From the NCBI GenBank assembly GCA_020891255.1, contig BQFW01000014.1, positions 1,922,001 through 1,986,000 on the forward strand: a stretch of 64,000 bases of DNA. The letters are read 5' to 3'. How positions within the stretch are numbered: the stretch's first letter is position 1; each line of letters starts with the position of its first letter. Below, piece by piece: positions 23,194 through 33,808 of the stretch. Position numbers and translations under genes: made by a program. Source of the DNA: Entomortierella parvispora E1425 (taxonomy: Eukaryota; Fungi; Mortierellomycota). Under the pieces are notes generated by a model. That model made no database searches. It saw nothing but the letters and a program-made list of their open reading frames with translations, and was not told the origin of the DNA.

Positions 23194-23604
23194 TCTGGAA
23201 CGATGAAAGCCAAGATTGCAAAGAAGAGGTTGAAAGTGAAAGCAAGGAAAGAAAAAAAGACGCAGCAAGCTGTTTTTATCATTCAAGCACGTGAGACTGA
23301 AGTCCAAATTTTTGCATTCAGCTGAACCATCACCTCTCATCAAAACAACGATCCAGTGTCGTGAATCAAGACTAGGCAAGACGGGATTGGATGCTCCTTC
23401 CAAGGACGGGACGAGCCAGGGGAATGTGGGAGAGGAACCAGGCAAGGGTTGTGTCAAGGTGGACGAGGGTATGTATTCAAGTTACTAGGTGAGGAACTAA
23501 ACTATCTAAAGAGGTGGACTATTTATATTGCGGGTGTGTATGAGTGTGTGTCAAACGAGCATGCCTGTGCACGTTCCGGGGGGTTGTCACTGGACCATGG
23601 TGGC

Positions 23605-23743
23605 AAAAGGAGTGGTACTGTAACACAAGGATGGGCGGCCGTGTACACAGTAGTAGGTAGCTCTATCCCTTAGTCTGTACCACAGGCAAATTTAGCCTTA
23701 GGACAAATGTAGGATAAATATAACTATAGTTTCGATCTATAGT
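23605..23743 (-). ncRNA. Candidate omegaRNA-like scaffold directly downstream of the Fanzor-like stop codon
   Basis: Inverted repeats at 23723-23729/23737-23743, 23684-23687/23695-23698, 23612-23618/23677-23683 and 23627-23632/23665-23671 (one bulge). The position matches where TnpB/Fanzor guide RNAs lie. No covariance evidence is available. Confidence 0.35.
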
Positions 23744-26700
23744 GACTGAACTTGTGGTCTTGCAAGAGACTGGGGTCGACCCATCGTCTTGAGGTACTGC
23801 TCTCCAATGAGCGCGATATTGTGTGCGCCTACCAGGTCACGATGGATCCATCGCGAACACTGGATACAGGCGCACACCCGCATGGATGGCTTGGCTAACC
23901 GGGTCTGCTCATCCTTGGCGGTACATGTCGGGCACATAGTCGATGACAGGTACTCGTCTACTAAAGCTGCGTGGTATCCTAGGGCCGTGCTCTATTGGAA
24001 GAAGTTAATATGGAACAGGTTAATGGAAGGCGTCACGAGCATCCCTTTTTTTGTTGATAAGATCAAAGGCAAACCAAGGACACGCATTTGTACCTTTTGA
24101 AAAAGACGACGTAGGAATGTCGTATGCAACGAGGTGAGGTTGAGTCCAGTCCTAAACGTTCCATTGCCGAGAGCGAAAAAGACCTTTCTCTCTTTGACAG
24201 GGATGCCCTCCAGTGCCTCGTCGACCATTCTCAGAACACCCGCCACTGCCAAGTCCATCTCAGACAACTTGGCCATCCTATGTTGGTGCGCCGCTTTCTT
24301 CCGATCTGGAGAACTATGGAATCCGTGTAGTATGGGTTCCAATTCGAAGTATCGTTGGTGTGCAGCCACAAGGGAGTCCCAGGAATCGTATGAAGTTGGA
24401 CGGAGGGCGTTCTGTAAATCGTACAGGGAGGGCAGAGAAGTGGGTCTCTCCTGTCCATCTGCTCTTCGTGTCCATAGCTCTGTATCGATTTTGTCTGAAG
24501 GGCCTGCTTGCGGATATTGCCTCTTCCAGTTTTCCTCCCATGTTCTGAAGGCCAGTGTGGGCTGATAGAGTGATGCGCGCCTTACTACTAAGTTAACGAC
24601 CGTGTCTTCGTCGAGACGCATACAAAATGCCCCGCTCACCACTTCCCCAGGGTCAATTCCGATCACCACTACGGACTCCAAGTTCTCACCAAAAGTGTCA
24701 ATCAGTGACTGACGGGTGGGGCATTGGTTCTCGATGCGCTTCATAAAGCTTTTGTGGCCTGGAGCCTGTCGATTCCTGGTAAGATCATAGCCCAGCAGCT
24801 GCAATTGATGGCCGTCCGTCCGGATGAAATTATTCAGTGCATATCGAGTGCGACTTTGACGAGGGGCTGGCAATGATGGGGGGCTGGACTGAAGGGATGG
24901 CGTTACTACAGATGACGAGGATGAAGACGAAGAGAACGAAGACTGAGTCAAGATGGACTCATTATGTCGGACTCTGTAAAAGTTGATCCGGTCAACAAGA
25001 TATCTGTCTAGCGGTCCTTGCCCATAGACCATAGACCGCAGGATACAACCTAAAGCATTCGTCCATAGTTGTCGTGCGTTTGCCATACGTTGTCTGCTGC
25101 TTTTTTGCTAGTCGAATGCTTTCTCGATCTCCGATGAAAAGCGTCTTGATGATGTTACCGACTGCGGTGCTCAGTTGAGATTTGGCCCATTGGTGGCTAT
25201 GAGTTCCTCCTTCCCATATCTCACCGACAGACCCTGCATCCCTTCCCCACAGAATCCTCATCAGCCCCTCCTCTCTGATGTCAATGAAACTGTCTGTCAT
25301 CTTTGGCTGAATGCAAAACTGAGGCTGGCTCGGAGTTGGAAGCTTTTGAAGGTCGCTCCAGCATGTCAAGATATGGCGAGGTCTGAAGACAATCTTTTTG
25401 GACTTCTGTCTTGGATCCTCGTCATCCTCCTCGTCACCCTCTGGAGGTGCAGCGTCGACGTTGCTGTCGTCTTCAGCATCTTCCTCTGTTTGTGGAAGAT
25501 CGGCATCGTCAAAGCCCAGTTTCTCCATCTGAATTCAATGAAAAGAAGGACGTTAGAATTCGATACACTCTGTTATTTGCGTAGCACTCATTGAGAAAAT
25601 AGGTAATACCTTTGCGCGGATCGTCTTTGGTAGTTTTCTGTAGTGCATCTTTATATCTAGGCATATTTTTGGAGCCAAATCATCGATGACTACGCCGAGG
25701 GGTATATCTGATGGGTTTACGGCTTTGAAACCAGGATACAGCTCTTTAAATCCTTCGAATATCAAACGTGCCTCCACTAGGGCATCTTGTGACGTTGGCT
25801 TGTGGGCCTTAGGTCCTCGAACACTAGTTGAATTGCGAAGGACATAAGACATCAAATTCCCTACAACCAACTCAGCCCAATCCGAGTCTAGAATCTTTTC
25901 TAGAAACGGTGCTGATCTGTTGGTTGCCGGAGCGTTTTGGTTTGCCTGTTCATCGCTCATGACTGTGCCTTGGGCCATCTCACGGACCGCGGCGGGGCTA
26001 TGAGTTGTCTGCGGCGAACCAGAGAGCAGCTCTCGAAGAATTCTCATCTCGAGCATCTTTAGCACGTAATGCTTAGCAGTATTCACAATAGACACCGCCA
26101 TGTCGATTCTTTGGGAAATCAACTCAGTGTCAGCCATAGAGAGATCGGTTGCTCGTCGGAGGCATCCTCGAACAGATCCAGTAGTAAGAGTTACTGATGC
26201 GAAAACTGACTTGAACGATTTTTTCAGGGCAGCTGGACTGGCGTTCTCCTTTCGGTAGTCCAACATCTTTTTTCTTTTTTTCTGAGGAGGGGGGACAGGT
26301 TGGTTGTTGTTGGTGGTTTTCTCCTTGGGTTTGTATGTCCGGGGCGCTGCGGGCTCAAGACCGTGCAGGTTTGCGTCATCAATGGGGCTAGCAGCGCTGA
26401 GATGTGCAGTCTGAGGAACGTACCGGTCCGTTAGATCAGTGCGAGAGCGAAACCTAGAAGTAAACCAGTGTTATTGAAATTGATTTTGACAAGAATGGCA
26501 TGACATAGCTAGGAAGGAACATTCAACATTATATACTTACACTGATTGTCGCCACTTTTGCTTTCGCTTTGATTGAGCGCGTGTGCTATTGCGCTTCTTC
26601 CTCTTGCCGCTTCTTTTGATAGGGGGAGATGCTAGGGTGATAGGGGGTGGTGCAAGGTTGGCGGCTTCAGGACTTAAGTCAACATCCATAGGTTGGTGGG

Positions 26701-28301
26701 CATTGGATACAGATGGCTCCACATCGGGTGCTTGAGCTCTAATGTAGCGATACCGACTAGCCTTCGCCATTTCTGAATCCCTAATGAGAGTGGTGAGGGT
26801 GCTGCAGATGTCGGGCATCGAAGGGCTGGGATCAGCGGTGGTATTCGTAAGGGGATGCTCTTCAGTGGTCACCAGAACCCTTATAGCAATGTCGAAATGA
26901 TTGATGGTAACATCCAGCTGCCGCTGCGCCTTGTCGATTCTCATCTCGTCCTTCCTATCGGCTTTTGATGCTGACACCTTTTGTTTCCGCTTCTTCCTGT
27001 TTTCGAGGGCCGCGTCCCTGACTCTTAAAGCATTGGAGTGAATCTCGCTCAAGCAGTGAGAGAGTTGATTCTTGAAATCAAGTAATTTCTCCTCGACACC
27101 AATGCTTTCGAGCCTCTCTATTTGCAGCTTCCGCACTATATCAGCGTTAGACACCAAGCCGTAAAAGGGAACGCCGTCGGCATAGTCGTTTGTGGTCAAG
27201 GCAGCGAGGAGGAGAAGGTGGGCCGAGGTGGGAAGTTGTAACTGCTCCAAAAGATCAGCTTTCTTGAATGTAGTCCACTCTTTACCCACTGGAAGAGTAA
27301 CTGACATGCAGACCTCGTAGACTATTAGATCAGAGTCCTTAGTGATGATGCGTATATTCGAAGGGTCTGTAGCTTGCGCGACGCAGCGGACTATGCAGTT
27401 ATCGGCCTGGTGCGCACACCGACACACGGTCCACCCCTTCTCCTCTAGAACATCTAGCACTTGATCCAGGGCCTTACGTGGTGCTCGATACAAGGATTTA
27501 AGACGCCTGTACAACTTCTTGGTGCCTTTGAGTCTCCCTTTCTCAATATCCTCGCGAAGCTTTTCCATCCGTCTATGCAGATCATTGTCTCGTTTCTGAT
27601 GTGCATTTTCTTTCTCAACAGACCGAGGTCCATCTTGGTGAATCGTCGTGCAGTCTGGAGACACATGATTAAGAAGGATCCCATGAACAGCTAAGCCAAT
27701 GTGACGATAATACTGATGATATCAATGGAGATTGGTTAGAAGGTATCATAGAAGTAGCATTATGGGACAAAAAAAAAGAAAAAAAAATTCTTACAATGTC
27801 TTCGTTGAGATCTTGCGTGGTTGTAAGGGCACCGTCGCTGTCAAGGAAGATCTGAGATGGTTCTTCCTGAAGCAGCCTTTGCATCGTTTCAAGGAAGCTT
27901 GACGGGGCTGCTTCAACATCACTACCCTTGAAGGTTGAGATCAGTTCTTCGGAACCTGCAGCTCTGAGAGTATTGTCATCGCAAGCCTTGTTGGAGTCTG
28001 CTTCTGGAGATGATAGACGAGCATGCTTTGATGGAGGGCCATTTGAGTCAAAGTCGGTTGTTTGCATGGACGTGCCTGGTCTCTTTGAGATGACTCCTTC
28101 TGAATGGGCGTTAGGGATCCTTTCAAGGGCACATCGCTTTCGAGACTTTTTGGCTTCGGAGCTGACAGTTGCATAGAAGGCGCGCGCATTCAAGAGGGCG
28201 AAAAACATTTCAGGAAAGTCGATATGGCACGTCTTGGTCTTCAAGTCTTCCACAACTCCGGGGCAGGCTTTGATAAATGGAGTCAGACCCTTGATGCCCA
28301 T
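23737..28301 (-). CDS. XPG/FEN1-like PIN nuclease fused to a TnpB/Fanzor-type RuvC nuclease; exons 28301-27795, 27712-26541, 26453-25610, 25528-24094, 23991-23737; about 1401 aa once a 7-bp duplication at 25022-25037 is removed
   Basis: XPG-N: MGIKGL, HIDF, IHQDGPRSVEK. XPG-I: QAD, TKDSDL, TNDY..VPFYGL. RuvC-I: VVVIGIDPGE. RuvC-II: LVDEYLSS. Zinc finger: CPTC...CIQC. RuvC-III: HRDLVGAHNI. Intron phases (0, 2, 0, 0) join all exons in frame. Confidence 0.85.
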
Positions 28302-29419
28302 TCTGAACCTGTTCAGGCAAATTTCAAGGATGCTATGAGCTTCTTGCTCGCTTCCAGTCTGTCTCGATGGCACGAGTGACGATCGCTGACCACTGAACTT
28401 ACAACAGTAAGACGCGCGTTAGCGTGAGAGTGAGTGTGGCGTGTAAGTGTGTGCGATAGAGAAGGGATAGGGTAAGGCGGACAGAATAATGAGAAAGGCA
28501 TGCACGCTGTTAGAAGAAAGAGGTAGAAAAAACAAAAAATGATGGGAGAGGGAGAAAGACATCAATCTATCACTTGGAATAAAATAAATCACTGGAATAA
28601 ATTTTTTTTTTTTGATAATTTATTATAAAACTTAGAAACGAATATGGCAAAAAGACACCATTCTCAAGAGTAAAAGATCCATCAGCCGTCGTAGTAAGTT
28701 CAAGTTCGAGAGCATCAGGTATTCTGATATCCCTCCAAGTAACCAACTCCTCCTCCACGTCTATGAATGTTTTCTTTAGTACCTCAATAACAGGAACAGA
28801 ACACGCCTATCCTGATATCGCAACAGGAATATCGGATTTCAAGTTGTTAACCATCGATTCTTTCAACACCACAAAGCGTGGATATTTGATTCAAGTTTAA
28901 CCTCACGTCAGAACTTTTAACGGGCAAATTTGCCCGGTATACGGAGAATGGGATAATTGAAGCAACACGAGTCAATCGTCAGGCCCAGTTGTTCATCGGG
29001 ACTTACAATGAGCATGTAAGCAACAATGGGGTGACAGACGAGGACAGGTTCTGGATAATTTCATTCCCAGAGTCGATATGAGCCACAACAAGGATGGAGT
29101 GGACAGTCCCATCGAGGTTGACGACGATGCTGATGAGAGCTTCATGTACTAGAAACGAGGCATAGGAAAGGCGGTTTGGTCTCCGTGGTAAGTAGTAATG
29201 TTATTCCATTGTAGGAGGAAAGTTAGTCAGTTAGTCGAGGGACAGGAAGGAGAAGCAGCAGAGGAGCCCATGTTCGCTCAAACGCGCCTTTTTGAACCGC
29301 GTTGAAAGGGCGAAGGTCTTTGCACGTGACCGATCGACCCAGGGGTGTCCTCGACCCAAAGTTGCCTCTCTGCTGCAAAGATTCTTCTTCATTCACAACA
29401 GCACATTGGGACATACGGC

Positions 29420-30028
29420 ATGGATCCAATCAAGATCCATCAGACCTCGCTGCATGCCGTCCTTGTCCTCGATGCAGCGCACATTGACCCTGCCTCAGTG
29501 GCTACAATAATCTCGCCAAACGGGGACAATGTTGATGTCAAGTTTAATCAGCACCAGGATACCCACCTTGAGGAAAGCATTACAGCCACAGCTACGACGA
29601 CAAGACTTACAGTTCGCCCGTTACTGACACTACCAGGAAGTCCCTCGCGGGAAGAGTCTGTCCCAGCCGAGGTGCTGGAGGCTTGTAACTTCTTGGTTTC
29701 TCCCAGCAACCTTGTCGTTCGTTTCACAAAGTCGCGGCCGGTCGAATGGCAGGCTCTCCAGATCGAACTGCAAAAAGGGCCGTTGTTGGGGGAGACGCTC
29801 TTGGCCAAGTTTGCCACCGCCTCCAATGCAGACACGCTCCAGAAGGCAATCCAGCAAAGCCACCTGTGGCCGGGGATCGGTGAATTAGAGAAAAAGCGGC
29901 AGCTGGCGGTCTGCAACGTCCAGGCAAAGAAAGAGCCGGGCGAGAACTCCATCCTGTTGACTGCCGAGCTGGTCTCGCGGGACGGGACAGGATCATCGGC
30001 TGCATCTGCCTCGACGACTGGTCCATAG
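29420..30028 (+). CDS. Hypothetical 202-aa protein with a possible CS/p23 (HSP20-like) fold
   Basis: Single-exon ORF from ATG 29420. EACNFLVSPSNLVVRFTKSRPVEWQAL resembles the end of CS domains. Confidence 0.55.
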   Translation: MDPIKIHQTSLHAVLVLDAAHIDPASVATIISPNGDNVDVKFNQHQDTHLEESITATATTTRLTVRPLLTLPGSPSREESVPAEVLEACNFLVSPSNLVVRFTKSRPVEWQALQIELQKGPLLGETLLAKFATASNADTLQKAIQQSHLWPGIGELEKKRQLAVCNVQAKKEPGENSILLTAELVSRDGTGSSAASASTTGP

Positions 30029-30630
30029 CTGCTGCCATAGCCATGGGCAATGAGATAGCACAGAAACTATAGTTAATAAACCCAAAAGTTACAACGGATT
30101 CTCCGATGAGAGCGCGCACCACACTGAGATAGGACGACGGAGCCAAGAGACAGGCAGACGGAGAGACAGATGAACAAGACCGATCTACGATCCAGAGATG
30201 CGCCTCTGCGCCTATGAACAGACGGACAGACCGTGCCTGTGCGCGCGCGCAATCTGTGGTACAGTATGGGGCAGAGATGAAGGGAAGGGTAAAACAGCGT
30301 TAGGAACATCCAGCAGCATCCGGTCGGCCACTCGGACTTGTCCCCGCGATCATCAAGGTTAATCGACATCCGGCCGCGTCTATTTGAACACTCTTTTTCC
30401 CCCACCTCGGTTGCTCGCTCTCCCTTCTTCGTCTTCTTCTTCGTCTTCTTCCATCCCTCTTGCTTCTCTGTCTCTCTCCATCCATCCTTCCATCGTTCCT
30501 TCCTTTCCCCATTCATTCGCCCATCCCCTTTCACCTGGTCCCACATTCTCTTTTGACCCATTCAATCCCTGCACTTCTCATCTTTACATCTCCGCCGTCC
30601 GTGCTCGCTCCCTTCTCCACAGTTTAAAAA

Positions 30631-33536
30631 ATGCCCTTGGCTCCCAACCGGCAACAGCTCGACATCGCTGCCGAGCGTGCAAAGTGCACCTTTGACCCCT
30701 CTCAGTTGACTCCACTCTTCTATGGAGGGGAGGAAAAGATGAAGCGGCTCAAAAAGATCGAGGCCTTGGTGGACAGCGAACCAGTCTTCAACCGCGACGA
30801 CCGCTACTTCCTCGGACGAACCGAGGTACGAACAACAGAGACATGCTATCGCAGCCTTGTGCCTGGTATCTCCATCCGTTCTGGATACCTTTTTGCTTCT
30901 GTTTTCTAACAGCTTGCTTCATGAATAATCGGGTCAACAGCGATTCAAGCGTGCCTTGCCCATGGCAAAGCGCTACGTCGAGCTCAGAAATGAGCATAGC
31001 CTCACCCCCGAAGAGTCTGCCTACATGAAGGTCTACATTGACGACTATATTCCCGTAAGTCGAATCAATTGACATGCCATGCAAGGGTTGCCAGGATACT
31101 CAGCTTATAGAAGGCTAATGATCACCTACTCTTATCTCCCGTTTACTCTCTATTCAGATTCATCTCCACGAGTGTATGTCTTGTCTCTAGCAGGAAAACG
31201 ACCTCATCGAAATGAGTAGCAGAGAGTGCTGACACTGATGTCGTTTTACAAACCCCATGTTTCTTAGCAATGTTCCTGCCTGTTCTCAGGGCGCAAGCCA
31301 GCGAGGAACAATTGAAGGTCTGGGGCCCTCTCGCCGAGAACTATCACTACATCGGATGGTGAGTTGTTACAATGCTCAGAAAAAAATGAAAAAATAAGAA
31401 GGTTGGACGGAATCCCGCTGCTTGTGGTCTAACAAAAACAACTTTGTTGGCCTGTCTGCATGTTTGTGACTGACGCTAGCTACGCCCAAACTGAGCTCGG
31501 TCACGGATCTGCCCTCGGTCGCCTCGAGACTACGGCTACGTTCGATGTCGAAAGAGACCAGTGGATCATCAATTCCCCCACTCAATCCTCCGCAAAGTTC
31601 TGGATTGGAACTCTTGGAAAGATCGCTAACCACGCCATCGTTCAGGCCAAGCTCATCATCAACAACAAGGATTATGGTGCCCATCCTTTCTTGGTTCCTC
31701 TTCGATCTCTCAAGGACCATACCCCTCTCCCAGGTGTCGTGATCAAGGACCAAGGACCAAAGCAAGGAGCCGTTTCCATGGACAATGGATACGCTCGCTT
31801 TAACAACGTCCGTATTCCTCGCGAGAACGTAAGTCAAATGAACTAATATGTCGCAGTCCTAACCATGAGGCATCCATATTGTTTTCATTCGTTGACCGTA
31901 CTCTCTATTTGCCTTCCGCATGGATATTTAGATGTTGATGCGATTCTCGCAGGTCTCCAGGGAGGGCGTCTATTCAAAGCCTATCCACCCTAAGCTGGCG
32001 TACGGAGGCATGACGGCTGTCCGCACCACTCTGATCAACCACTCTGCTCTGTCCATGGCAAGAGGTTTGTAACCCAACTCGCCCACATTGTTTCTATCTA
32101 TGATGTTTTATCCGTTCAGTTTTTACTGATATGCCAATTCTTGCCTTCAACAGCTGTTACCATTGCCACCCGCTATTGTGCTGTTCGTCGTCAGGGCACA
32201 GTTGATATCAAAACGGACTTGGAGACTCAAGTCCTTGACTACCCCTCCGTCCAATCCCGCATCCTTCCTCTCTTGTCGCATTCCTTTGCAACCATCTTTT
32301 CAGGCATTTGGATGACTGACATGTACGCTCAGTACAACGCCGATATCTCCAAAGGGGACACGTCTTTGCTCAAGGATGTTCATGTCTACTCTTCTGGACT
32401 CAAATCATACTGCACAAAGCTTGGAGCTGACGGTATTGAAGAGGCCAGAAGATGCCTGGGTGGCCATGGATTCTCACTCTTCTCTGGCATGATTGATTTC
32501 CACCGCCAGTTCCTGGCCACGGTCACCTATGAGGGCGAGAATGCCCTTCTCACTGTAAGCAAAAAACGATGCGATACTCTTACAGAGTTGTCGCTGGTGC
32601 AAGAAAGACCTCATGCACTCACACTGTAACGGTTGTCTTTTTATTTTCTCTAGCAACAAGTCTCGCGTTACTTGCTCAAGCTCTACAAGGATGTTCTCCG
32701 CAACCCCAACATGCACCTGTCGCCCCCCTCAAAGTACATTTTGTCGCTTTTCCACGAGAACCTGTTTGTCCACCAAAAGTGTGAGGCTCGTTCAATCCGT
32801 GACCTTTACCGCCCAGAGATTGTTCTCGCTGCCTTCCAGCATCGCGCTGCCCGTTTGATCTTGGAGTTGGCCAGAGCCGAAAAGGCAGGAGCCTCTTGGT
32901 CGGATCTCAACCTTGAGTGCATGCGTCTTTCCAAGGTAAAAAGCTCTGATTCCCTTCCTATGATGAATCTCATTCTGAAGAAGCATGAAAAAGTGATAGT
33001 AAGATCCACTTTTGCTCGCATACCCTTTCTGATCTTTTGTTGCTTTATAATAGGCCCATGTGCAGTATATCATGATTGAGAACTTCCATAACGGCCTTGA
33101 GAAGCACTTCAACTGCCACGCGAACCCAACTGTGGAGCAGCAGAACCTGTTGGCTGCGATTCGTTCCGTGTACGATCTCCACGTGTTCTACACCATGGAG
33201 ACGGAGCTGAGCGAGTTCCTTGAAGATGGTTACTTTTCACCCGAGCAGGCTGCCTGGGTCCGTCAAGGATTCAAGAACTCTCTCAAGGCCGTGCGACCCA
33301 ATGCGGTCGGATTCGCTGATTGCTTTGGATTTACGGATTCGCTCCTGAACAGTGCTTTGGGATCCTGGGATGGCAGAGCGTACGAGCGAATGGCAGAGAT
33401 GACGGAGAAAGAGCCTCTGAATGGAGAACCCATGACGGACAAGAACGGCGTCGTCTGGGGCTACGAAGAGTACCTGAAGCCCTTGATCTATGGCAAAGCT
33501 GGACCCTACAAGGCGCGTGGCGACTCAAAGTTGTAA
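30631..33536 (+). CDS. ACOX1: Peroxisomal acyl-CoA oxidase, multi-exon
   Basis: YAQTELGHGS...LETTAT, SAKFWIG, GPKQG...MDNGY, RRCLGGHGFS, VTYEGEN and ALGSWDGRAYE motifs. Ends in the PTS1 tripeptide SKL. Confidence 0.95.
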
Positions 33537-33808
33537 ATAGGGGATCGAGCCCCCAAATACGCGTCTAGCTCCGTTCAGTTTGAGTGCAGCATTTCGTTGT
33601 GCACCAAGTTAGCCAAATAAATTCAACGAAACAACGCAACCTCTGGATGTTGACCACTTCACTTGCCGGTATTTCAATCACATTGTTTTTTTTTTTTTTT
33701 TTTTTTTTTTTTGTAAATCGGCATCGGCTTACACACCGGAAGGCATTCATTGTTGGGCTGGAAGGAGAGTTTTTTTTTATTGGCTTCTAGGGGAGTGGCT
33801 GGAAACTT

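Noticed and set aside
23480-23520. Helitron 3' end (CTAG|T) for the Fanzor-bearing element
   Set aside because: No GC-rich subterminal hairpin at the expected distance, and no Rep/helicase sequence.
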